NCBI GenBank assembly: GCA_964543995.1
Contig: CAZJBB010000001.1
Span: forward strand, 2,059-66,058
Origin: an uncultured Bacteroidales bacterium
GTDB taxonomy: Bacteria; Bacteroidota; Bacteroidia; Bacteroidales; CAIXTV01
DNA length: 64,000 nt
Direction of reading: 5' to 3'
This document shows, in pieces, positions 47,042-55,503 of this stretch (positions are counted from its first letter, which is position 1; each line of letters opens with the position of its first letter). Both the position numbers and the translations under genes were made by a program. The notes below the pieces were generated by a model. That model searched no databases. It worked only from the letters and a program-made list of their open reading frames with translations, and had not been told where the DNA came from.

Positions 47042-47112
47042 ATAGAATTAAGATTTTCTATACATAAGCAGGCGGAAATGTATAGTTTTTTGCGTTTTCT
47101 ATACAAAAGGAA
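47042..47112 (+). repeat. direct repeat B, copy 2, about 100 bp upstream of radA
   Basis: Partner of 44890-44962. The hairpin here is perfect: CTATACAT-N12-ATGTATAG followed by TTTTTTG. Confidence 0.9.
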
Positions 47113-47210
47113 GTGCATCATGGATTTTATTCATAATACCTGAATAGAGAATTTAGAACGGACGGCTAGCCGGAAAATTTGTATTTTTAACGTCCAATTA
47201 AAGCATCATC

Positions 47211-48578
47211 ATGGCAAAGTCGAAAACGGTTTTTTATTGTCAAAATTGCGGTACGCAGTCCTCTACCTGGTTAGGGAAATGTCCTTCGTGCAGCCAATGG
47301 AACACTTTTGTGGAAGAAATTATTCAAAGAGCCGATTCAGGAAAATCATCGGGTTTATCCGGTTTTGAAAAAGCAGCCAAGCCCATTTCTGTTAGCGAAA
47401 TCAATCTGAGTGACGAACCCCGCATTTCCTCAAACAATCAGGAACTCGACCGTGTATTGGGTGGAGGCATTGTCTCCGGCTCATTAATTCTGATTGGGGG
47501 TGAACCGGGAATCGGGAAATCGACCTTGATGCTTCAGGTAGCTTTAAACATAAAAGGTATTAAAGTACTTTACATTACCGGCGAAGAAAGTGAACAGCAA
47601 ATAAAAATGCGTGCGGAACGCATTGGAATGCACAATAAGGAATGCTATATTCTTACCGAAACCTTTACACAGAATATTTTTCAACAGATTGAGCAATTGC
47701 AACCGAATATGATTGTGGTCGATTCCATTCAAACACTTCACACCCAAGTAATTGATTCCTCGGCGGGGAGTATATCGCAAATAAGGGAATGTGCAGCTGA
47801 ACTTCAACGTTTTTCGAAATTGACCAACATCCCTGTTTTTCTAATTGGGCATATCACCAAAGAAGGTACGCTTGCAGGGCCTAAAATATTGGAACACATG
47901 GTGGATACGGTACTTCAGTTCGAAGGGGACAGGAACCACGGATATCGCATTTTACGCTCGGTGAAAAACCGTTTCGGATCTACCTCCGAATTGGGGATTT
48001 TCGAGATGCAATCGACGGGATTAAGAGAAGTCTCCAATCCTTCAGAGATTTTGTTATCGCAACGGGATGAAAATCTCAGTGGAATTGCCATTGCCGCCAT
48101 GGTGGAAGGACTGCGTCCCATGCTGGTAGAGACACAAGCTTTGGTGAGTTCAACCGCATACAGCACGCCTCAACGTTCTGCTACCGGATTTGATTTAAGG
48201 CGACTGGGGATGTTGTTGGCCGTGTTAGAGAAAAGATGCGGGTTTAAATTGGGAGCCAAAGATGTTTTCCTGAATATTGCGGGCGGACTTAGGGTAGATG
48301 ATCCGGCTATCGACTTAGCAGTGGTTTGTGCGGTCTTATCATCGAGTGAAAATATAGCCATTGATGCAAAGACTTGTTTAGCTGCAGAAGTGGGATTGTC
48401 AGGAGAAATCCGTCCGGTGACCCGCATCGAACAAAGAATCTCAGAAGCCGAAAAGCTTGGATTCGAACAAATTATCATTTCTTCTTACAATATGAAAGGA
48501 CTGGATGTTAAAAATAAATCCATCCTATTGCGACCTGTTAAGAAAATTGAGGATGTGTTTGGTTTATTGTTTGGATAA
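47211..48578 (+). CDS. radA: DNA repair protein RadA/Sms
   Basis: 455 aa. Zinc finger CQNCG...CPSC, Walker A GGEPGIGKST, a KNRFG motif and a Lon-like C-terminal domain. Confidence 0.95.
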   Translation: MAKSKTVFYCQNCGTQSSTWLGKCPSCSQWNTFVEEIIQRADSGKSSGLSGFEKAAKPISVSEINLSDEPRISSNNQELDRVLGGGIVSGSLILIGGEPGIGKSTLMLQVALNIKGIKVLYITGEESEQQIKMRAERIGMHNKECYILTETFTQNIFQQIEQLQPNMIVVDSIQTLHTQVIDSSAGSISQIRECAAELQRFSKLTNIPVFLIGHITKEGTLAGPKILEHMVDTVLQFEGDRNHGYRILRSVKNRFGSTSELGIFEMQSTGLREVSNPSEILLSQRDENLSGIAIAAMVEGLRPMLVETQALVSSTAYSTPQRSATGFDLRRLGMLLAVLEKRCGFKLGAKDVFLNIAGGLRVDDPAIDLAVVCAVLSSSENIAIDAKTCLAAEVGLSGEIRPVTRIEQRISEAEKLGFEQIIISSYNMKGLDVKNKSILLRPVKKIEDVFGLLFG

Positions 48579-48592
48579 CACTGAAAAATAAG

Positions 48593-50188
48593 CTAATGCA
48601 CTACATAAACCGTATCCGGTTTGCATTTTTTTACTTCAAACCAATGTAGTCTGGTTTTTTCATTTAAACCGGCCCAATAAACATCGAACCCCACAGGAGC
48701 GGTTGCAGAGTATCCGTTTACTGCAGTCAAGTTTAAGGATTGCGTCGCCAACATAGCATCAATTTGGTACACCAATGGATCCAATTCAATTTTAGCCGGT
48801 TCGTAGGAAACTATGGACTTTGGAGGGAAAGAACGCATTTTCAACATTACATCATTAACCCTATTTTGCGCCATGGATTTTTCGGTACGACAAAGGGGTT
48901 CGGCAAAATTGAAATTGTCCCCCATAAATACTCCGGCAAGAAAAACAAAAACCAAGGCTGAGCTTAGATTTTTCTTTTTAAGCAAAAGTTGAGTGAAAAA
49001 AGTGATGATGATTGCAAAGAAGATTAATTCGATGTTGATAATTCGGGTTAAAGAACGCAAGGAGCCATATCCCGGTAAATAGAAAATTAAGCTGTATAAA
49101 GAAAATTGCTGAATTCTCAAAAACAGTAAAAAAGTAATCAATCCTGAAATTAAAAGCACTTTTACGTTGATGTCCAGCTGAAAGAAAGAGACTTTTGTTT
49201 TACATATTCCTTTGTAAATAGCTAAGGAAAGAAAAAGGACGATAGAAATGGAAACCATTCCTCCTAAATAAAGCTGATGGTCCCACCATGCAGGGTTGCC
49301 TTTTCCAAAGTCGGAAATAAAATCCCAAAATAAGGTACCTTTAGGACAAGAAAAATATGAAGAAACAGAAGGCAAAGTGCCAAAAATTTCATGATAATTC
49401 TTCAAACCGGTTTCCTGAGCCCGTTTAATATAGGGAATCAACAGAGGAAGCAGTAATAAAACATTGAGGATGATGGAGGTGGTGATAAAAGAAACCCATT
49501 TCAAGTTTTTGAGTCTTTCTTTCAGTAACTCCCATTTGACTATAAAAATGATGAGAAAAATAATCATGAGGGGAATCATCAGCATAAATCCAAGATAGAT
49601 ACCACAATATAATTGGTATGAAGCAAAGAGAAGGGCCGCAAAGAAATATTTGGGTTGTAAATTTTCAAGAAACAAGCTTGCCATCCACAAAGCCAAGGGA
49701 ATAGGAAAACGAGGGAAGGTTTGCGCATGAGGCATTTGGGTTTGAAGCGACATGGAAAAAGCAAAAACCATTGCGCCTAAAGCTGCAGCATATTGATTCC
49801 GAAAAAGACGCTTTAAAAATAGATAAGAACAAGCATAGTTTAGCACTGCCATGAGCACAAACCAACTCTGGAAAGAAGTTTCTCTGCTAAAACTCATCCA
49901 TCGAAAAAGAGAATACAAGGGTGCAGCTCCTAAAAGATTATCGGAATAAGAAATTACGTTGGCTTCAGGATACATGAAAGGGGCACTCCAAAAATCACCC
50001 ACTTGGCCGGTAAAAAATTTGTGAGCATGTTCAAGCAAATACATATTAAAGCGGCCATCACCCAAATCGCCAGGGAAATAGGAAAAGCCAAACCCGGTAA
50101 TATTAAAAACGGTAAATATTAAGCCCAAGGCAAGCCCAAAAAGAAAAGGCCAAGAATTATAGATATACCGAATCATTGCTTTATTCAT
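48593..50188 (-). CDS. polytopic membrane protein, possibly a GT-C-fold glycosyltransferase-like protein
   Basis: 531 aa with about 12 TM segments, then a ~120-aa soluble C-terminus. An acidic first loop FPGDLGDGRF is the only hint. No firm family call. Confidence 0.4.
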   Translation of the reverse strand: MNKAMIRYIYNSWPFLFGLALGLIFTVFNITGFGFSYFPGDLGDGRFNMYLLEHAHKFFTGQVGDFWSAPFMYPEANVISYSDNLLGAAPLYSLFRWMSFSRETSFQSWFVLMAVLNYACSYLFLKRLFRNQYAAALGAMVFAFSMSLQTQMPHAQTFPRFPIPLALWMASLFLENLQPKYFFAALLFASYQLYCGIYLGFMLMIPLMIIFLIIFIVKWELLKERLKNLKWVSFITTSIILNVLLLLPLLIPYIKRAQETGLKNYHEIFGTLPSVSSYFSCPKGTLFWDFISDFGKGNPAWWDHQLYLGGMVSISIVLFLSLAIYKGICKTKVSFFQLDINVKVLLISGLITFLLFLRIQQFSLYSLIFYLPGYGSLRSLTRIINIELIFFAIIITFFTQLLLKKKNLSSALVFVFLAGVFMGDNFNFAEPLCRTEKSMAQNRVNDVMLKMRSFPPKSIVSYEPAKIELDPLVYQIDAMLATQSLNLTAVNGYSATAPVGFDVYWAGLNEKTRLHWFEVKKCKPDTVYVVH

Positions 50189-50251
50189 ACATAGGAAATG
50201 ATGCCCTTTAGGGAATCAGGCAAATTTACAAATATTATTCAATTCGGTATT

Positions 50252-50869
50252 TCAGGTGAGGAGCATTCCGATATCCATGGAACGAGCTTCGTCGAAATCC
50301 AACATGGCATTGATGAGCATGAGTTTTTGATAATTTTTTAAGTCACTTGCTTTGATTGGCCTTTCAACTATTACTCCATGCTCCAAGAGCCTTTCTCTTG
50401 CAGTTCCTTTTAATAAAGGCATTGAAGGTGTAACCCACTGATTTCCATCATGAAAACATACATTTGAAAAAGAAGTATCGGTGATGAACCCCTTTTTTAG
50501 GATGAGAACTTCATCGGCTTCATAGATTCTAAGAAGGTCATCGAGTTGTTGTCGTTCACTAAATTTAAGTTCATAGGAAACATCCTCCAAGCAAATTAAT
50601 CGGATCCCGGAAATCACCTTGGGGGTATAGGGGATAAATTCTATTTGAAAAGTTTCCCGGTTATACAAGAACTTGCATTTAATGGGATTCTTCTCCTCCA
50701 AATTAAAGGTACTAGAATTTAGCTTTAAAGAAAGGAGTTCACTTAACTCCGGAAAAGCTCTTCCTTGATCAAAATAAGTAAGGATAGAAGCATCTAATCT
50801 TCTTTGATGATATTCCAAATGCAAAGGAATACCATTCTCAATTTTAATGGTTTCAAATAATGGGAACAT
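50252..50869 (-). CDS. pabC: class IV aminotransferase fold protein, aminodeoxychorismate lyase-like
   Basis: 205 aa. 17-nt overlap with the upstream pabB-like gene. The LKGTARERLL segment is typical of the fold. Confidence 0.65.
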   Translation of the reverse strand: MFPLFETIKIENGIPLHLEYHQRRLDASILTYFDQGRAFPELSELLSLKLNSSTFNLEEKNPIKCKFLYNRETFQIEFIPYTPKVISGIRLICLEDVSYELKFSERQQLDDLLRIYEADEVLILKKGFITDTSFSNVCFHDGNQWVTPSMPLLKGTARERLLEHGVIVERPIKASDLKNYQKLMLINAMLDFDEARSMDIGMLLT

Positions 50870-51836
50870 ATACCTTGTCTATCATTTCTTGGTATTCCTT
50901 ATCACATTGACTGGATATGGTAATTCCACCCCCGCTTTTATACATAGGTTTGGCTCCTGAAAAATCGATAAAACGAATCATCACCGAACTGTCGATGGTT
51001 TTACCGTCGAAATATCCCATAACGCCGGTATAGAAGCCTCTGGAATGGGTTTCGTGATTACAAATAATCTCTAATGTTTTCATTTTAGGGGCACCACTGA
51101 TGGACCCGGCCGGCAATAATTCGAAAAGAATATCCCCAAGGTGCTCATTAAAGTTTTTCGGTAACTCTCCCTCTATTTCGGAGCTCAATTGAATCAAAGT
51201 TTTATCATGGGTTTTGAGATAATCTGCGTAACCAAAACGTTTTACCCTTACTTTCTTAGCCACTCGACTTAGGTCGTTGCGAATCAGATCGACAATGGTA
51301 CAATGCTCAGCAAACTCTTTGGCATCTGACTTCAACTTGCTTTCTGCATTTTCAATGGCAGCATCAATGGTCCCCTTCATAGGGTAAGATGAGATGATTC
51401 CGTTTTCATTAATCCGAACAAATATTTCGGGAGAAAATACCACAAACTGATTTTTCCAAAGCATTTTGTATTTTGCATCACTGGAATAAAACAATTCTTC
51501 TTGGGTGAAGTTGGTTTCGATTGGAGTTTCAAAAGTAAGGTTGAGCAAATAGGAATTCCCATAATTGAGCTCTTTCTTCACTTTGTTAAAAACAGCAGTA
51601 TATTCCTCATATTCAACAGCGTGTTTTTTAAACATAAGAAATTTCTCCGAAGTAGGTATATCATCAATATTTGCAAACCCATTAAAGTTGAATAATACCG
51701 TATTCTCATCCATTTCCTCTAATAAGAATACTTTGGGATGCTTCATTAAAAAATCGATGATAAAAATAAAGGGTGTTCGACTCGATCCGAGAGCATTCAT
51801 TTGTTTTATGATTGTATCTTTACCCATAATTTTCAT
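50853..51836 (-). CDS. pabB: aminodeoxychorismate synthase component I (chorismate-binding enzyme)
   Basis: 327 aa from the ATG at 51836. Motifs PAGSISGAPK, SRGFYTGVMGYFD and GGGIT. The longer track start (51926) would overlap pabA head-to-head. Confidence 0.8.
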   Translation of the reverse strand: MKIMGKDTIIKQMNALGSSRTPFIFIIDFLMKHPKVFLLEEMDENTVLFNFNGFANIDDIPTSEKFLMFKKHAVEYEEYTAVFNKVKKELNYGNSYLLNLTFETPIETNFTQEELFYSSDAKYKMLWKNQFVVFSPEIFVRINENGIISSYPMKGTIDAAIENAESKLKSDAKEFAEHCTIVDLIRNDLSRVAKKVRVKRFGYADYLKTHDKTLIQLSSEIEGELPKNFNEHLGDILFELLPAGSISGAPKMKTLEIICNHETHSRGFYTGVMGYFDGKTIDSSVMIRFIDFSGAKPMYKSGGGITISSQCDKEYQEMIDKVYVPII

Positions 51837-51872
51837 TTCAAAATTACGATGATTTTTAAATAAAACCTCATT

Positions 51873-52451
51873 ATGAAACTTTTGCTGATTGATAATTTTG
51901 ATTCCTTTACCTATAACTTGGTTCAATTGATTGAAGAATGTGGGGTTAGGGATATATTGGTCAGAAACAATATCGAAGTTTTAAAAGAAGAGGTGGAACA
52001 ATCCGACAAAATTCTTATTTCCCCGGGGCCCGGTTTGCCATCCGAAGCAGGTAAGCTGAAAGAAATTATTCAATATTTTTACCCAAGCAAAAGTATTTTG
52101 GGGATATGCTTGGGTCACCAAGCCATTGCAGAAGTTTTCGGTGGACAACTCAGCTCATTTGAGTTTCCTTTTCATGGGTATACTACCCAAGTTACTTCGG
52201 TTAAACCTCAAGACGCTTTATTTAATAACTTACCTGATACTTTTGATGCCGGATTGTACCATTCTTGGTATGTGGAGGAGAATACATTGCCTGAATGTCT
52301 TCGTATTACGGCTATATCGAAAGAAAATGTTATTATGGGAATTGCACATAGAGAATTCGATGTAAAAGGTTTGCAGTTCCATCCGGAATCGATAATGACT
52401 CCCTTAGGGCAAAAAATCATTAAAAATTGGTTGGAGAAAGATTTCCGGTAA
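51873..52451 (+). CDS. pabA: aminodeoxychorismate/anthranilate synthase component II (glutamine amidotransferase)
   Basis: 192 aa. LLIDNFDSFTYNL, catalytic GICLGHQ and LQFHPES. Confidence 0.9.
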   Translation: MKLLLIDNFDSFTYNLVQLIEECGVRDILVRNNIEVLKEEVEQSDKILISPGPGLPSEAGKLKEIIQYFYPSKSILGICLGHQAIAEVFGGQLSSFEFPFHGYTTQVTSVKPQDALFNNLPDTFDAGLYHSWYVEENTLPECLRITAISKENVIMGIAHREFDVKGLQFHPESIMTPLGQKIIKNWLEKDFR

Positions 52452-52515
52452 AAATCTTTGTAGCCTCTCGTATAATTGACTCATTATCAATAAAGCATTA
52501 TAATTATTAATTCCC

Positions 52516-52523
52516 TACCTTTG
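52516..52523 (+). promoter_or_regulatory. -7 promoter box TACCTTTG immediately upstream of pssA
   Basis: Exact TAnnTTTG match ending 7 nt before the ATG at 52531. This implies a very short or absent leader. Confidence 0.3.
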
Positions 52524-52530
52524 TCTCATC

Positions 52531-53277
52531 ATGAAAATTTTAAAACACATCCCCAACGCTATTACCTCAATGAACTTATTTTCGGGGTGTATAGGACTTT
52601 ATTTTGCAATGCTTGGGAAACTTGACCTTGCGGCTTTGATGATATTTTTAGCTGCGGTTTTCGATTTCTTTGATGGCTTTGCTGCAAGATTGTTACATGT
52701 AAAATCTGAAATTGGTAAGCAGCTTGACTCCCTTGCGGATGTGGTTTCCTTTGGTGTCCTCCCCGGTTTTATTGTGTTTTTCATGATTCAAAGGGGGCAA
52801 AATATGTGTTCTTGGAATTGCGGCAATGTGCATTTACTCCCTTTTGTAGCTTTTCTCATTCCGGTTTTTTCAGCCCTTCGTTTAGCAAAATTCAATATAG
52901 ATACGCGTCAAACTTCTTCTTTTATTGGGCTACCCACTCCCGCTTTGGCAATAATGGTAGCTTCGTTTCCTTTAATTGCTATCCAAACTTCATCTTTCAT
53001 ACCCATAAACCTCGATTGCATTTCCCAAATTATATTCCACCCTTATTTTTTGATTGCCTTTTCGCTCATCTTTTCTTATTTGTTGGTGTCTCCTTTGCCA
53101 TTGTTTGCTTTAAAGTTTCATTCTTATGGATTTAATGAAAATCGGATTAAATATATTTTTCTGATTCTGTCCATAACATTAATCGTCTGTTTGAAATTTA
53201 TTGGAATTCCCATGGTAGTTTTCTTATACTTGCTCATTTCCATTCTTGAGCAAATATCAAAAAAGAAATCAGCATGA
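52531..53277 (+). CDS. pssA: CDP-diacylglycerol--serine O-phosphatidyltransferase
   Basis: 248 aa. CDP-alcohol phosphatidyltransferase motif DFFDGFAARLL...GKQLDSLADVVSFG. Confidence 0.9.
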   Translation: MKILKHIPNAITSMNLFSGCIGLYFAMLGKLDLAALMIFLAAVFDFFDGFAARLLHVKSEIGKQLDSLADVVSFGVLPGFIVFFMIQRGQNMCSWNCGNVHLLPFVAFLIPVFSALRLAKFNIDTRQTSSFIGLPTPALAIMVASFPLIAIQTSSFIPINLDCISQIIFHPYFLIAFSLIFSYLLVSPLPLFALKFHSYGFNENRIKYIFLILSITLIVCLKFIGIPMVVFLYLLISILEQISKKKSA

Positions 53278-54044
53278 TCAGAAATAATTATGTAAAACCC
53301 AAAAAGCATTTGGGGCAGCATTTTCTTATTGACGTAGGAATCGCCAAGGACATTGTGCATCAGGTTCAAGGGGTGGAAAACCTCTTAGAAATTGGACCGG
53401 GCATGGGTATTTTGACTAAGGAAATTTTATCCTTACCCATTCCGAATTTTTTCATGATTGATATTGATGGTCAATCTATTGATTATTTGGAGGCTCATTT
53501 CCCGGAACAGAAGTCGCATATTATACATGACGATTTTTTAAAGTTTGATCCGACAACAGTTTTTGGCGAAAAACCTTTTTCTATTATTGGGAATTTCCCA
53601 TACAACATCTCCAGTCAAATTTTATTTAGGGTGTTGGAGTATAAAAATAGAGTAACTTCCTTAGTGGGCATGTTTCAGAAGGAAGTGGCCATGAGAATAT
53701 GTTCAGGGCCGGGAAATAAAGATTACGGTATTTTAAGTGTACTTATTCAAGCATACTACCGCGCTGAATATCTTTTTACCGTGGATTCAAATGTATTTAA
53801 CCCACCCCCCAAAGTACAATCAGCGGTAGTAAAATTTACCCGAAATGCTCTTGATACATTACCCTGCGACGAAGTTTTATTTAAGAAAATCATTAAAACC
53901 GGGTTCAATCAGCGTCGTAAAACCTTACATAACGCGCTTAAATCCATTGAATTGCGTGAACTTCCGCAACAGTACCAATCCAAAAGGGCCGAACAATTAT
54001 CTGTGGAAGATTATGTATTGATAACACAATTAAATCAAAATTAA
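53274..54044 (+). CDS. rsmA: 16S rRNA (adenine1518/1519-N6)-dimethyltransferase
   Basis: 256 aa. LGQHFL, the SAM motif LEIGPGMGILT and GNFPYNISS. ATGA overlap with pssA. Confidence 0.95.
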   Translation: MIRNNYVKPKKHLGQHFLIDVGIAKDIVHQVQGVENLLEIGPGMGILTKEILSLPIPNFFMIDIDGQSIDYLEAHFPEQKSHIIHDDFLKFDPTTVFGEKPFSIIGNFPYNISSQILFRVLEYKNRVTSLVGMFQKEVAMRICSGPGNKDYGILSVLIQAYYRAEYLFTVDSNVFNPPPKVQSAVVKFTRNALDTLPCDEVLFKKIIKTGFNQRRKTLHNALKSIELRELPQQYQSKRAEQLSVEDYVLITQLNQN

Positions 54045-54065
54045 TCCACAGAAATACCTACACCC

Positions 54066-54956
54066 CTATGCAGGTTCACTTGAAATTAAAATGTCTTTTA
54101 TATGCTTTATTGTTGGTAAGTTAATGGTATTGGATGGGAATTTTAATTCTTCATTATTGATGCTGTTTCCTGCAACATAAAAAACTTTGTCTCCAATTCC
54201 ATCCGAAATCTTACGCAAGAATTCAATTTTGAACTTTCTAGAAAAAGGCAAAGTAATAAAAGTAAATAGAAAGTCCGGTTGATAGTTTTCGAAAATAATC
54301 AAAACATCCTCTATGGGAACATTTTGACCGAGGTACATTATTGAATTACCTGATTTCTTAATTATATACTGTGCAAATAAGAGAGGTAGTTCGTTATATT
54401 CATCCTGGGGTAAAAATAGCAAGTATTTTTTCGGGGATGGGTTTTTGGGCGATTTTAATTTATCAATACCCACTATTATTTTTTGTCGAATCAAGGATGT
54501 AGCAAAGTGTTCTTGTGCAGGAAGTACTTTGGAAGCTTGCCACAATGCACCGGTTTTATCTAAAAATGGAAACAATACATTTAAAATGGCCCCTTCGAAT
54601 CCAAATACATCAATGGCATCTTCATAAATATCAATCACGGATTTTTCATCTAAGTTGATCATGGCAAAAATAAGCATGTCAACCCTTTGATCGTAATCGT
54701 CAATAACGTTATGCAATTGAATGATCTGCTTCTTTAACTCTTCGTCTTTTAATTTTGTGATTTTAGAGATTTTGAAGCCCCTTCTATTCAATAAAGCAAC
54801 ATTTAGAATTTTCTTTAATTCGTCCTCACTATAAACTCTAATGTTGGTATTGGTTCTATTGGGAGTAAAAACATTGTATCTTTTCTCCCACATTCTAATG
54901 GTATGCGCTTTCACTCCTGAAAGCAATTCCAAATCTTTGATTGAATAACTTTTCAT
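54066..54956 (-). CDS. MerR-family regulator with C-terminal B12-binding-domain-like module lacking the canonical His
   Basis: 296 aa. MerR HTH YSIKDLELLSGVKAHTIRMWEKRY. The C-terminal Rossmann-like stretch KKYLLFLPQDEYNELPLLFAQYIIKKSGNSIMYLGQNVP parallels CarH/LitR B12 domains (alignment by eye). Confidence 0.7.
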   Translation of the reverse strand: MKSYSIKDLELLSGVKAHTIRMWEKRYNVFTPNRTNTNIRVYSEDELKKILNVALLNRRGFKISKITKLKDEELKKQIIQLHNVIDDYDQRVDMLIFAMINLDEKSVIDIYEDAIDVFGFEGAILNVLFPFLDKTGALWQASKVLPAQEHFATSLIRQKIIVGIDKLKSPKNPSPKKYLLFLPQDEYNELPLLFAQYIIKKSGNSIMYLGQNVPIEDVLIIFENYQPDFLFTFITLPFSRKFKIEFLRKISDGIGDKVFYVAGNSINNEELKFPSNTINLPTIKHIKDILISSEPA

Positions 54957-55048
54957 AGTTTTACTTTATAGATGAAACAAAGTTAATTCAATTATGTTCA
55001 AAATAAAACATAAAATTTCCTAAAATCACGAAATTCTTTAACAAAGAC

Positions 55049-55501
55049 TTATTCGCTTAGCAGTTCCTTTAAAAGAACTGACACTTTTTTATTGTCAGTT
55101 TTCCCAGCCAATTGTTTGGAAGCCATGCCCATAATTTTACCAAAATCCTTTGAGGTAGCTTTATGAAGATCTATCAGTTCCACTAATTTGCTTTTTACAT
55201 CTTCATCGGATAATTGAGCAGGAAGGTATTGTTCGAAAACCAAGGCTTGATTGAGTTCTTCCTTAACTAAATCTTCTCTTTGCTGTTCTATGTATATTTC
55301 AGCAGCTTCTCTTTTTTGCTTAATCAGCTTTTGTATTAAGGCGGTGGAAAGTTCTTCGGAAATTTGGCCATCCACGGCCTCCTTACTGGTTTTAGCTAAA
55401 AGCAAGGCAGCTTTAATAGCCCTGAGTGCAACCAATTTTTCTTTTTCTTGATGAAGCATGGCAGACTTGATGTCTGCATCAATTCTTTCGGTAATTTCCA
55501 T
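55049..55501 (-). CDS. GatB/YqeY domain protein
   Basis: 150 aa. The N-terminus ITERIDADIKSAMLHQEKEKLVALRAIKAAL is typical of YqeY. Lies directly downstream of ftsZ. Confidence 0.85.
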   Translation of the reverse strand: MEITERIDADIKSAMLHQEKEKLVALRAIKAALLLAKTSKEAVDGQISEELSTALIQKLIKQKREAAEIYIEQQREDLVKEELNQALVFEQYLPAQLSDEDVKSKLVELIDLHKATSKDFGKIMGMASKQLAGKTDNKKVSVLLKELLSE

Positions 55502-55503
55502 TA

